From NCBI GenBank assembly GCA_024137785.1, contig JAHRHZ010000035.1:24389601-24453600 (forward strand): a stretch of DNA of 64,000 nucleotides, in the 5' to 3' direction. This document shows, one piece after another, positions 1 to 11,950 of this stretch. The translations under genes were made by a program, and so were the position numbers. The notes under the pieces are model-generated. The model had not been told where the DNA came from and did no database searches. It saw only the letters and a program-made list of their open reading frames with translations. How positions within the stretch are numbered: the stretch's first letter is position 1; each line of letters opens with the position of its first letter. Source of the stretch: Ginglymostoma cirratum (lineage: Eukaryota).

Positions 1-559
1 CAAATATAGTCTCTGAAGGCTGACAAAAGGAGGTAGTGTTTCTGTGTAATTTGATATGTACAGGGATGGTATCATGCAAGGAAAGAAAGTTTGGTACGAT
101 TTTAATGATGGCCTGTGCATTACGTACACTTTATTGTATTTGCTGTTGCTTATTAAAGCTAGAATGAACCAAGGCTCCAGGTAGGTTTTTGCTTTATTTC
201 TGTAATTATTGACCAATATTGTTGTGGTTGAAGGGACAAAGGTAGAAGTGCAAAATGTGCCAAGATCTAACTCTGTTTCATAAGTAGACAGCCTAAAGGC
301 TGAAGCTTTTGTGTGATAACGCTAATTTTATACACCAATTCACATATCTATCAATGTTTGAGTAGATAAAGGGTGCGTGGTATAGCCACTGGGAATGAGA
401 CCATGAGTGATGATTAGGCTGAGGGTGGGGTGATTCAGAGATTGAGGGTTAGGGCAGTAATTGGGATTGCATTGTCAGAAAAAGATAGAATTACATCCCA
501 TTAACAGTACAGAAACAGAGCATTCAGCCCAACAAGTCTCTTCTGGTGTTTGTGGAATT

Positions 560-1000
560 CAGGTGGAATTTGAACTCAATTAATAATTCTGGAATTGAAA
601 ACTAGTCTCAGTAATGTTTATGACTATTGATTGTTTTAAAAACCCATCTGGGTTCAGTATTATCCCTGAGGGAAGGAAGTCTTTTGTTCTTACCCATTCG
701 AGCCTACAATTGACTCCTGGCCGATAGCATGGTAGTTGACGCTTAACCAACCTTCCCTCTAAGCTACGCAGATATACATGCAGTCGCTCCCATGTTCCGT
801 GCATCGTGATCAACGTTGGCACGGCGACCACAGCACTGACATCCAGTTTCAGAAGTCACTGCTGAGACCTGTGCAGCTGGTGGAAAACTTGGAAGTAATT
901 CTACTTTCTGAAATAGCCCAGCAGATCACTCAGTTGAAGGACAGTTTAGGGATGAGTGATAAATGTTGACTTTGTTGACACTGAAATCCCAGGTAGAAAT
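560..1000 (+). mobile_element. 5'-truncated copy of the tRNA-derived shark SINE (same family as 1455-1802), split by an insert at 761-906
   Basis: Body (ggtggaatttgaactcaat...aaaaacccatctgggttca...gggaaggaa) and tail (agggatgagtgataaatgttgac) align by eye to the reverse complement of 1455-1802. Confidence 0.6.
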
Positions 1001-1454
1001 AACTAACATAAAAACTTCAACTCACTCAATTCACATATCATCAGATTAGGAATAGTTTAGAATTTGAGAGCAAATGAGCACAAAGTTTGAACAGGGAGTG
1101 ATCTCCCTGCTGGCACATCCCGTTGTGAGCCTTGGGCTTCACTTAGAGGAAGCTGGTGAGCTGTTGGTGTGTGTTGCAACGTCCAGGCAGTTGGCCATCA
1201 AATTGACATTGGATATCAGGCCTCATTGTTACTAACAAAAATCTTTGGGTAGGTCTTCGGATGGGATGGGGGTGTTGGCAGTCAAGAAAGTGGAACAATC
1301 AGAAGATGGCCAAGTAGGGCTGGCAATGGTCATCAATCCTGCTTCTCCTTTCAACCCCACCTCCAGGTCAATGTTTCTTATCAAACTCTTTATTGGAAGC
1401 TCCATATAAGAAATTTTATAAAATGCAGCTGACCTAGAATCAGGGCAGCTCATT

Positions 1455-1802
1455 TTTGTTTATATTCACAGGATGAGGGCATTGCTTGCTAGACCAGCAT
1501 TTATTGCCCATCCCTAATTGCCCAGAGGGTAGTTAAGAGGCAACCACATTGCTGTGGGTCTGGAGTCATATGTAGGCCAGACCAGGTAAGGATGACAATT
1601 TCCTTTCCGAAAGGACATAAGTGAACCAAATGAGCTTTTCCCAACAATCAACAATGGATCCACGGTCAATATTAGACTTGTAAGTCCAGATTTTTATTGA
1701 ATTCAGATTCCATGGCAGAATTTGAATCCAGGTCCCCAGAACATTAACTGTGTCTCTGGATTAACAGTCCAGCGATAATACCACTAGACCATCACCTTCC
1801 CT
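1455..1802 (-). mobile_element. Near full-length tRNA-derived SINE
   Basis: Minus strand shows A-box-like TGGTCTAGTGG, anticodon-like stem CTGGA/TCCAG and B-box-like GGATTCAAATTC, then a body and a 3' tail GGGCAATTAGGGATGGGCAATAAATGCTGG. Several related copies occur in the window. Confidence 0.85.
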
Positions 1803-2664
1803 TGTCAATTGGGCCTCCTTGTTGCATATCAGCCATTTCAGGCAGGTCCCTGAACACCTCTGCCTTTACCAAAATAGCCAACACAGAATGTGGATATGCC
1901 CGTTGCCATCTGTATTGGATGCTGTGGTGTTGTTAGCCTGTAAAATGGGCAGAGCATCAATTGAATTTTTACCATCTTTGTTGATTTCTGTGTATAAAAA
2001 GCTTAAATGAGCAATTAAGTGGAGAGGTAACATTCTATATGTAAACCGTCTTGGTAATTATCAATATTCCATCCACACATGCAAAATGACATGTACTGTT
2101 GCTCTTGCAATCTTCTTTTGAAAGGATATAGTATACCTTTGATAAGAAATAGAACTCGCAAAGGAAGAGGAAATCAAATAGTTGCATGCTGAACTTATGA
2201 CACAGTCACTAAATGCACAAGAATTTTTTAGGGTGATTACATTGTGTTGATCAGAAGCTTTGATATTATATTTGCACTAAGTTAGTTTATTTCAGCTGTG
2301 CCTGGCACTGAAGTGGCACAACTGGTTTCATTATGCCCATGGGCTAAAGTGGAAGATCAGTTTGTTTCTACTCCTGACTGCTGCTCTCTAGTCCCTGATG
2401 GAAGTAAGTTCAGGAGGCTGTCTGTTATGCAGTTTGCCACAACTTTTACTTATCATCCAGGTTCACTCTTAATGATTTAGCTTTTGGGTCATTGATCCAA
2501 GACCTGTTGGTGTCTGAGCATCTATACTCAGTCTGGTTCTCCACCGACAGGAAAGGAGTACAGTTAGAAAACAAAATACATTCCTGGAGGAGAAACACTT
2601 TGATTTCAATGTTTTGTGTTTATAAAAGTACAATAGGACTTAATGCATTTTTGACAATGATTAT

Positions 2665-2808
2665 TTCTACCACATGCTCATGGGACATGGCTGTTGCCGG
2701 TTGGCCAGCATTTATTGCCCATCCCTAGTTGCCCTGAAAAAGGCAGCGATGAGCTACCTTCATGAACCAATGCAGTCTACCTGCTGTAGGTTGACCCTCA
2801 ACGCTGTT
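2665..2808 (-). mobile_element. 3' end fragment of the LINE family at 30207-32740
   Basis: Reverse complement matches 32600-32730 (gggtcaacctacagc...ttca...gcagctc...gggcaactagggatgggcaataaatgctggcc). Confidence 0.75.
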
Positions 2809-2957
2809 CCTTCCTATTGCTTTTCATCTTATTTTTTTGTCTGGATTTCTTTTCATTTATTCAGCCCCCTGTCTTCTTGGAATCCATGACTACCCCTTCC
2901 CTGGCCTCACCAACACTCTAACCACAATTCTAATTCATATCTATGTCTCCTGTTCAT

Positions 2958-3250
2958 GGTGGAATCTTCTGTAGATGGATGTGGTGAGCTTAAAGACAAG
3001 AAGGGTATTTAATCAGGTGAGGAGGTGGTGTGCTCAAACTCTGCTGCCTTCTTTCCTCCAGCAGAATGACGTTCTTGGGGGGAGGTTCATGGTTAACCTT
3101 CCTGCTGCACAACGCTGCCAGCTGAGACCACTAAGTGACCAATGAAGGATCGCTTAAGGGCCACCATCCATTGCAACCACTTTGTCATCTTGCAAAGGCA
3201 TACAGAGAGACATCCTGCTTTCAAAGGCACTTAGTATCTGACTGAGGGAC
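2958..3250. mobile_element. Degenerate non-autonomous DNA-element-like shark repeat (related pieces at ~1090-1400, ~6525-7005 and ~33335-33600)
   Basis: Shared motif of the type ccagctgagaccactaagtgaccaat / ccagctgaggcctttcattggccaag, with ggaatctt/gggcagatttt-like starts. Family assignment is from memory only. Confidence 0.3.
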
Positions 3251-3709
3251 TGGATACAGGAATAGGAGTAGGCCATTCAGCCCATCAAGCTTGCTTCTCC
3301 ATTCAATTGGTTAATTGACAATCTCATTGCCACCTTCCCATGCTATCCTCATATCCATGCATGTTATTAGCATTTAGAAATCTATTGACTGTTTCAATAC
3401 GCTCAATGATTGAGCGTTCACAGCCTCTGAGATAGAGAATTCCAACGTTTCCTCAATCTCTGATTGAAGAAATTTATTCTCATCTTAGTTTTAAATGATC
3501 TACCTCTTATTCTGAGACTGTGTCTCCTCTGGTTCTAAACACCTTCAACAGGGGTAAAACCTTACCCATATCCACCCTGTCACACCCTGTAAGAATTTTG
3601 TAAGCTTCAGCGAGAACAACTCTCATTCTTCAAAACTCGGAGAATCCAGGCCCAGTTTTTTTTATTTCTCCTCTTAAACAGTTTTGTTGTTCCAGGATTA
3701 ATCTGGTGA

Positions 3710-3881
3710 AATAGAAACAGAAAGTACTGGAGAAACTCAGCAGGTCTGGCAGCATCATTAGGAGAGAGAAAAACAGAACTAATATTTTGAGTCTGATATG
3801 ACACTTCCTTGGAACCAAGTTCTGAAGATATGTCTGTCTGCTTTTATCTTAGATTTCCAGCAGCCATTTTAGTTTGCATCT
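3710..3881. mobile_element. Penelope-like terminal remnant inserted in CR1
   Basis: aaacagaaagtactggagaaactcagcaggtctggcagcatc is shared with 21500-21540. Flanked by an imperfect direct repeat attaatctggtga (3697-3709) / attagtttggtgg (3882-3894). Confidence 0.6.
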
Positions 3882-4321
3882 ATTAGTTTGGTGGACCTCT
3901 GATGCACTCCCTCTGTGACATGTATATTCTTTCTTGGATAAGGAATCCAAAGCCTTACTCAGTTACTCCAGGCACCACGCTCTGTACAATTGCAACAAGA
4001 CATCTTTATCCCTGTACTCAAATTCTCTTGTGATGAAAGCCAACATACCATTTGCCTTCTGAACTGCTTGCTGCACTTGCAAGAAGTGAATCTTCCAGGT
4101 CCTTTTGGACATCAGCACGTCCCAATCTCACATCATCTGAGAAATACTTTGTCTTTTCGGCCAAAGTGATAACTTTGCATTTATTCACATTATATTCAAT
4201 TTACCATGTTTTTGCTCATCTTGCCAAACCTCCTCATCATAACTTACAAATGGACCTAATCTTGAATCATCAGCAAATACTACATGTGATCCCCACATTC
4301 AAGTCAATTTTTAAAAAATAC

Positions 4322-4665
4322 TTTCCTGGGAGCTGGATATTGCTGACAAAACTGGCATATATTGCTCATCCCTAATTGGCCTTAAACTGAGTGGCTTGCT
4401 AGGCCATCTCAGACAGCAATGAATGTTTCTCTGGATCTAGTGTAAAGATAACAAACTTCTTTCCCTAAAGGGCTTTAGTGAATCAGATGGGCTTTTGCAA
4501 TGATCAAGCATGGTCATCATTAACAAGATTAGTTATCTAATTCCAAACTATCAATTGAATTTAATTTCCACCAGACACCATGGTGGGATTTGAATCTGTG
4601 TCTAGAGTATAGCCATATTCCCTGGATTACTAGTCCAATGATATTACCGCTACACCATCATTTGG
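4322..4665 (-). mobile_element. tRNA-derived SINE (same family as 1455-1802)
   Basis: Tail attgctcatccctaattg, body cttccctaaagggctttagtgaatcagatgg, and head ccatggtgggatttgaatc...ctggattactagtcca...cgctacacca. Confidence 0.75.
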
Positions 4666-6046
4666 CCTTTTTGAGGTCAGCAACAGCTGTGGCTCCAACA
4701 CTGATCCTTGTGGTCTTTACGATTCAATCCCATTTGCTCTCTCATTATTGTTAGATGTGGCTGTCAGTTTTTCCTCCTTCTGACCTCCTCTACCTTGTAT
4801 TATCATGTTCTTAGCCCTATTCACAAACATTAAGACCTCAACAAAACATGTTATTCCACGTGATGAGTGGTGTGTGTTCCAAATCTGTAACATAGCTTTA
4901 GGTTCAGGTGACATTTCATTTTAACAATTTATAAGGTCTATCCAATTCCTCGATGTATTCTGCCTTGCCACTCATGCTTGAGTAGAGTGTCCTGTGCAAT
5001 TCTTTTTGTGGAAAAAGAAAAGCATTAAAGCTGTTAAATTAAATGCTGGGCACATTAAGATGCGGCAGGTCTGGCAGTAACGTGCTCAAGAGCCTGATCT
5101 TGCCGTGGAATAATTTCTTTATTCTTTTCTCTCTTGTTTATGAGGGAATAAAATGCAGTTGTGCAGAGCGTTTGACAAGTTGCTGCTTCTTTACTGGGTG
5201 CATGTCCAGCAGATTTATACAGACATGCTCTAAAAGAGTGGAACAAATAATTTTACCCTCTCATTCTCTTATTAGCACCACTGCTCAGTTTGAAGGGGAT
5301 AGTGTGCTTGTTAAGTTTAATGTAGCTTGTAGTGTGGGAGAAATTTGAAACCAAACAGCTGTTTTGTTGACTTTTAGAAAATAATCAGCAGAAATAATAT
5401 TTATTTTAAATTAACTTTTGTATTTGCTGAGGGCAGGGGTTGAGGCATGCTCTGCCATTTTAAGATGCTTCACCCATCTTGCTTTATAATAGTTGCCTGT
5501 TGGTATTAATAAAGCTCAGTATCTGAATGACAGAATGATCAAACTCAGGCCAAAAGCCTTTTATGCGAAGAGGATATCCATCAGTTAATGATCGTAATGC
5601 CCTTTCTGTGAACTATATGTGCGGCATTCTGCCAAAAATGTGCTTTCAGTTCTTTGGAGTCTATAATGTCAGTATTATTTACCTGTTTGCAAGGTTTTAT
5701 GAAATAAAGCATGACTTCTCAGTGCAATCGTCCTGTAGTGAAGTAGTCGGCTATGTTTTTGGTCTGCTGATACTGTATTATCATAAGAGGCACGTTTTTG
5801 TAGTCTGTGATGCAGACTGACTACTCTTAAAAGAGAACATTCATTTGTAATGCTTCCCTTGTACACAAGTCACAAACTATTCAGATGTCAGCAGGCTTTT
5901 TGCAAAAGCAGCATATGTCCTATTAATTTCCACAGTGTAGTTTACAAGGCAATATCAGGGCAACTAAAATATTTAATATAGAATTACTTCTTTAAATTTT
6001 GATCCTTCCTTTGGTGATAGAAACTACACTAGTTTAAATGGTTCAG

Positions 6047-6268
6047 ATAGATCATAGAATCCCTATGGTGTGGATACAGGTCATTCAGACCATCGAGTCC
6101 ATATCAACCCTCTGAAGATTGTCTCACCCAGCCCCCCACCCACCTCCCCTCCCCCGTCACCCTGCTTTCACATGGCCAATCCACCAAACCTGCACATCCC
6201 TGGACACTCTGAGCAACTTGGACTGTCGGAGGAGACTGGAGCACCCAGAGGAAACCCATGCAGACATG
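6047..6268 (-). mobile_element. HE1-type V-SINE, 5'-truncated
   Basis: Contains catggccaatccaccaaacctgcacatc and ggagcacccagaggaaacccatgcagaca (V-domain), plus a CR1-like tail atcatagaatccct. Matches 51854-52186. Confidence 0.8.
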
Positions 6269-7011
6269 TTATCAAGATTTGCAACCCAAGGCTATTTGTT
6301 GCTTGAGTTCATCCACCACCAGTTATGAGGAGAACTGGGCCATTCTCAGATCAAATGGAAGTTAGAAATATACGGCGTGGAGTTTCAAGTTATACGCCTG
6401 GGATTTTCTTTAATGTGACTCACCTGATCTATTGACCAAACCATTGCAAGTGATGTTGGAATTTTAAGTGCAAATTACATTTTGCATCAATTAAGCTCCA
6501 CAATCTTTTATGCTAGTTTTACAAACATTTGCTGGAATCTTCCCAGGCACAGAATGTTGCGGACATTGGTGAGAAAGTTGGGAAAATCACCTGAGATAGC
6601 CAACGAGGAGTTGCTTGACATCAAAAGCAAAAGGTCCTATTTTCCAACCGAGCATTGAACCTGGAAAGTAGACAGTGACAATTCCCAACATGAGAGTTAG
6701 AGATATGTCCTGGTAACTCCAGCTCAATGCTGGTTCGTACAGACCTCGATCAGTCAGCAACATCCTAGGGCATGGTCTATGGGCAACAATTCCACATACC
6801 ACCCCTCCTTCCACAACCCCTAGGGCGACCAGATTGCCAGGGTAAAGCAGGGTGCCAGTTACAGTTTGCGGATGTGCAAGTGAGCTCAAGTGGAAACTAT
6901 GAGATGTGTGGGGCAAAAATTGGAGCAATTTTGGATGCAGTTTGCACCCATTTTGCCACAGTCTGCCCCATAAACCACCTAGCTATGGCCGGAAGTTCTC
7001 CTTTCAGGTGA

Positions 7012-7912
7012 GTTTGCAGATGATACCAAAATTGGTGGTATAGTCAACAGTGAAGAAGGTTACCTAAGATTACAAAGAGATCTTGATCAATTGGATCAAT
7101 GGGCTGAAGAATGGCAGATGAAGTTTAATTTCAATAAGTGTAAGGTATTACATTTTGGTAAAACAAACAAGGGCAGCACTTCTACTATTAAAAGTAGGGC
7201 CTTGGATAGTGTTGTAGAACAGAGGGACCTAGGGGTTCAGATACATAATTCTTTGAAGTTTGCATCACATATAGACAGGGTGGCTTAAAAGGGGTTTAGC
7301 ATGCTTGCCTTCTCAGACCTTTGAGTATAGGAGTTGGGACATCATGTTGAGGTTGTACACAACGTTGGTAAGGCGTCTTCTCGAGTACTGTGTGCAGTTC
7401 TGGTCTCCCTGTCATAGGAAGGTTATTATTAAACTAGAGAGGGTTTAGAAAAGATTTACCAGGATGTTGCCAGGAATGGAGGGTTTACGTTATAAGAAGA
7501 GGCTAGGGGTTTTTTCACTGGAGTATAGGAGGTTGAGGGGTGACCTTATAGAGGTTTAGAAAATATTGAGAGGTATAGATAAGGTGACAGCAGGTGTCTT
7601 TTCCCTAGGGTGGAGAATTTCAAGACTAGGCAGCATATTTTTAAGGTGAAATGAGAAAGATTTAAAAAAGACATGAGGGGCAGTTTTTAACACAGTGATT
7701 CATGTGTAGAATGAACTTCTAGAGGAAGTGATGGATGTGGGTACAGTTACAAAGTTTAAAAAACATTTGGATAAGTACATGAATAAGAAATGTTTGGAGA
7801 GATACAGGCCAAGCACAGGCATGTGGGGCTAGTTTAGTTTGGGATTATGGTCGACATGGACTGGTTGGACCGGAGGGTCAGTTTCTGTGCTACATGAGTC
7901 CATAGCTCTATG
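7012..7912 (+). mobile_element. CR1 LINE, RT C-terminal part and 3' tail (degraded)
   Basis: Translates as FADDTKIGGIVNSEEGYLRLQRDLDQLDQWAEEWQMKFN...KCKVLHFG...RDLGV. Later LEYCVQFWSP and RLRGDLIEV are visible, with stops and frameshifts. Confidence 0.92.
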
Positions 7913-8339
7913 GCTGGAGATGAGATATAAAATCCTGAAAGAATTGTTTCATCCTATTGAAAACCTAGATTCAGATAACTAATTTTCAGGATTTTATTCA
8001 GCTTAATGGCAAGACAAGCCATCCTAATGGTTAGATTTTGACTGGTTACTGGAGAAACAAAGAAACAACTGATCTGTGCCCAAAATGTGTAAAAATCGAA
8101 CTTGTACAGCTCTTGTGTTAAGTAAGTTACAGCAGAATACGAAGAATTTGAAAGAAATATTTTTTGTAGGCTTCCTGATAACTTTGGCGAATGCACCATT
8201 ATGATGTGGTAATAGGTAGTCCAGACTGCCAGGTCTTAAAAAGATGGCAAAATGGATGGTTTACCTGAGAATTCAAAATCATAAGGTCAAAGTAGTAGAA
8301 GCCTCTGTTAGTGCTTTGGGTCTAGGGCTTTAGGGGACA

Positions 8340-8760
8340 AGAATCCCATAAACAGATCACAGACACTGAGGTATAGATCTAATTCAGGCCATAAAAGGAT
8401 ATGAAAATAGAAGTGGAGATTTCAAAGTTGAGGTACTGGGATTTTAGAAAACTGATGGAGATTATCGAGGGCATGGTGATTGATGATAGCTGGGAACTAA
8501 GTACCTCATTGAATGTAATTAAGAGTTTCAGTTGAGCTGCAGTTGACATACAGTGAAGGCCAGGAAGCTGCTCAGGAGTGTGTCAAGAAATTTAGTCATG
8601 AGATGAAGAAAGCATGCCTGAAGGTGCCAGTGGCAGTGAGAGTATGATGCAGGTAAAGGCTGTGGATATTCTGCAGTTATGGATAGGCAGTGTTGATAAT
8701 GCACTAAGTGTAGTCTTGAAATTCAAACAGGAGCTTGGATAGAAAAAGACATTAATTGCT
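8340..8760 (-). mobile_element. Old L2-like LINE fragment
   Basis: Purine-rich stretch resembling the antisense of shark L2 ORF2. Highly diverged and recognised by eye. Confidence 0.4.
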
Positions 8761-8847
8761 GAGATTTAGTTAAGCATAATAGCCATTTGAGCAATTAACA
8801 AGAGGCTGTTCGCCTCTAGGATTATAATCAAATAAGATCCAACATCT

Positions 8848-9290
8848 TCATGGAATCAGAGAAACAGAGAATCTGCAACATGGGACAAAGATATTGACTC
8901 CATTGTGCCTCTGCCATTTCTTTGAGAGAACTGTCCAAATAATCTGATTTATCAATTCGTTGCTCATAATCCTGCAAATTAGACCTTTGCAAGGACATGC
9001 CCAGTTGCTTTTGGGAATAGGTTCAATGGGAACTTTCCATCACTTTTTTCAGGTAATGCTTCCAGACCTTAACCTCCTACATGAAAATGTTTCTCTTTGT
9101 TTCCTGTCTATTGCTTTTACCAGCTAATTTAAAGCTAGGACCATTTGTTGCTGATCCACTTTCTAGAGGAAACAGAATAAGGAGGGAGAAGCTATCAAAA
9201 GCCCTCATAATTTTGAATTGGTGTGTTTTGTCTCCTCTTGTTACTCTGCTGTAAGAAGAACAATCCCAGCTATTTATTTCCCAAGCAGTT
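8848..9290 (-). mobile_element. CR1-group LINE 3' end, diverged
   Basis: Reverse tail pattern (agaatctgcaacatggga...ccattgtgcct...ctttgagagaac...ttccagacctta...aaagccctcataattttgaa), similar to 22855-23100. Confidence 0.55.
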
Positions 9291-9389
9291 GCCCTGGTGC
9301 TGGAAGCTTTCCTTCACTGCTACAGTCCTCCTCCACATGCTGCTCCCAATGTTTCTACTTATGGTGCTTCATTGTGGTTTTTGATTCAA

Positions 9390-9665
9390 AACAACTGAGT
9401 GGTTAGCTCAGCCACTTTGGAGATTTTTGAGAGTGAACTGCTGCATGTGGATTAGAATCACCTCTCAGCCAGATCAGGAAGGATGGCAGCTTCCACTTCC
9501 TGAGGGACTTCCATGAACTGATTGGGTGGGGCTAATAGGTTTCATTTTCCTTAGCATTAGCCACAATTTACTGGATTTATTGAACTCTATCTTACAGTTT
9601 GTCATGGTGGGATTTCATCTTACAGCCACTGGATTCTTGGTGCAGTATGTGAACCACAACATGTT
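9390..9665 (-). mobile_element. Diverged tRNA-derived SINE copy
   Basis: caactgagtgg...gccagatcaggaaggatggcagc...gtcatggtgggatttc...ctggattcttgg aligns with 1455-1802 and 4322-4665. Confidence 0.6.
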
Positions 9666-9879
9666 CATACTTACATTTATAACTCGAAGTAGTGGAATAG
9701 TACCAGTTTGTGGCTGAACATTGAAAAACAAAACTTAAGACAAAGTATTTATGAAAGCATAGTTACATTCATTATCAAGTCTAGTCCTAAAAAGAAAGCT
9801 ATACTCATGATGCAAATTTAGTTACAGCTCTGCTTGCTGTACAGTCAAGTTTTATTTCCCATCAAAAATGCTTCATTTA

Positions 9880-10135
9880 AGCAAATTCTTTTCTCTGAGA
9901 TTTGAGAGCCTTTGTAATTCCCTTACTCAAAAGCCAGTGGATGCAGAATATTTAAATATTTTTAAGGCAGAGGTAGATAGATTCTTCATTATGAAGACGA
10001 TGAAAGATTATCAGGATATGCAGGAATGTAGTGTTAAGGTTAAAATCAGATCAACCATGAATCTCATTGAATGGCAGAGCAGGCTGGAAGAGCCAAGTGG
10101 CCTACTCTTTTTCCTTGTTCATGTGTTTTAATGTT
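9880..10135 (+). mobile_element. CR1 LINE 3' end
   Basis: NSLTQKPVDAEYLNIFKAEVDRF is the CR1 ORF2 C-terminus, followed by the tail ttgaatggcagagcaggctggaagagccaagtggcctactc. Confidence 0.8.
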
Positions 10136-10939
10136 TGTTACTAGAAAATAAGACATTAAAGGGAATTGACAATACAACACAGAGTGCTTATACTTATATT
10201 CTGTGAGTGATCAAGTTTTCAGTGGGCTATGTGGAACAGCTTTACAAGTACCACTGCGTAGCTGGAGCAACATAGACTGCTTTTACATCCTTAATATTCA
10301 ATTTAGCCCAAAAAGACTACTAAAGTAGAGGTGGGAGCATATGTAAGAATGTTGAACCCTCATAGATTCTTGTAGTTGGAACCTTGTATTTTTGCAGACA
10401 ACAAAATGTGATTTGTTATAGGAATCAAGAGAGGGCTCTGAGCTGAATTAAGTTGTATGTTTGGACATTCACAAAGAATCCAATAATGTTCCACTTTTGA
10501 GAATGCTGGCATGCTGTGATTATTTCCTCAAACTGACCCGACAAGCTGCATTGTAACACAGTCTGCCCAACATCAACTTTTACAACCCTGGAGAAGCCAT
10601 TGTCAAAAATGAAAACCTGTCTTTCTTCTCCAGGTGGGTGGACAGCTTTTCCTTCCATTATGAAAAGATTTATTTTATCTGTGCTGCCTACTGTGCTGCC
10701 ATCCGCAGACTGGGAACATGTGAATGTTCTTATCGGCTGTTTTCAATCAGGAGAAGATACCCAGAAGGCTGATTTCATCCTATGCATGTATTTGACCACA
10801 ACCATGTAACTCTATCACTCTCTGCCAAAACCAATGCAAATAGGCAGTATGATGAGGGGCATTCCATTTACCGCACTACATAAGCGTGCCAGAACTCTAG
10901 TAATAATAATCTTGGGGTGTAGGCAACTTTATTGGTGGA

Positions 10940-11950
10940 ATGTTGCTGTGGGGCATTGCCATTTTGCTCTTCGCATTCCTGCAATGTTACCCAAAGTGTC
11001 TGCCAAGCGTCTGTCTTTGGCCTCCTTGTATTTTTCCTGCTTTACCTGCTGTACTTTAGCAACATCACCTGAAAGTACAATGTCCAGTCCACATGTACAC
11101 TGCCAACTCTCCACACTCTCTTGATCTCTCAACTGCCTCAGTTTGGACAACCTACTTGTCAAGCATTCAATATTGGATAAGCAGGAATTTCCTGTCTCGA
11201 AATACTTTATCTTTAGTGCTCCCCTGCATTCCGCTCCACAAACTCCATTCCCTGGATATCGACTCCAGCTCACTCTCTGGGGCTGTATTAGAGTGCTCAT
11301 AACCTTAGCATCTAATTTGTATCTGAATTGAACTTTCCCTTTTATATCCTCTCTTTTACCAAGAAGGTCGACTTCTACCCTTGCAATATTGTCCAACTCT
11401 GCCCTTGCCTCAGCTTAACTACGACTTGTTACTTCTGAAATAGAATATCCCCTGATTGGCTTCCCATCTTCCATCATAAATTTTTTAGCTTATTTACATT
11501 CTTATATTCTAACATTGGTGGGGTCAAGTCCCATTCACTCATTATCCCCATGCAGAGACCTACATTGTCTGGCAACACCTCAGATGTAAAATTCTTATCC
11601 TTCTATTCAAATGGTTCCAGGGCCTTACTGCTCTATATTTCTGTAGTCTCCTCCAGCCCAATAGGATTTCTGTACTGTTCCAATTCTGGCCTCTTGCACA
11701 TATCTAATTTCTAATGCCTGACCATTTGGTAGTTAACCTTCAATTGTTAAATCTTAAGTTCTGGAATTCTCCCTCTAAAGTTTTCTGTGTCCCTACCCCT
11801 TTTTTTTCTAGTGCTACCACTTTGAGCAAGTTTTTGGCCATGTCTCCTAATATATCTTTATATAGCTCTGTGTTAAGCTTTGTTTTATGAATTTCCTATG
11901 AAGAATTTGAAATATTTTACAATGCTGAAGTTGCTATATTATATTTAATT
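10940..11950 (+). mobile_element. L2 LINE, RT C-terminal region and 3' UTR (heavily decayed)
   Basis: Decayed GVPQGS-like region (gtgtctgccaagcgtctgtctttggcc), then caagtcccattcactcatt...gacctacattg, ttctggcctcttgcacat, ctggaattctccctctaaa, and an L2-type tail ending ...gctatat. Confidence 0.7.

Larger units (their letters stand above)
3255..4715 (-). mobile_element. CR1 LINE 3' fragment carrying two nested insertions
   Basis: Begins with the reverse CR1 tail (aggaataggagtaggccattcagccc) and ends at ggctccaacactgatccttgtggt, which reads as a PQGSVL-type RT motif on the minus strand. Confidence 0.75.

Noticed and set aside
1700-1802. tRNA-Asn(GTT) gene on the minus strand (likewise the tRNA-like head at ~52115-52186)
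   Set aside because: Continuous with a SINE body and tail, poor acceptor stem, and the anticodon varies among copies.
10929-11396. Longest ORF in the window (155 aa, minus strand)
   Set aside because: Antisense to a decayed L2 RT region, with no protein-like motifs.
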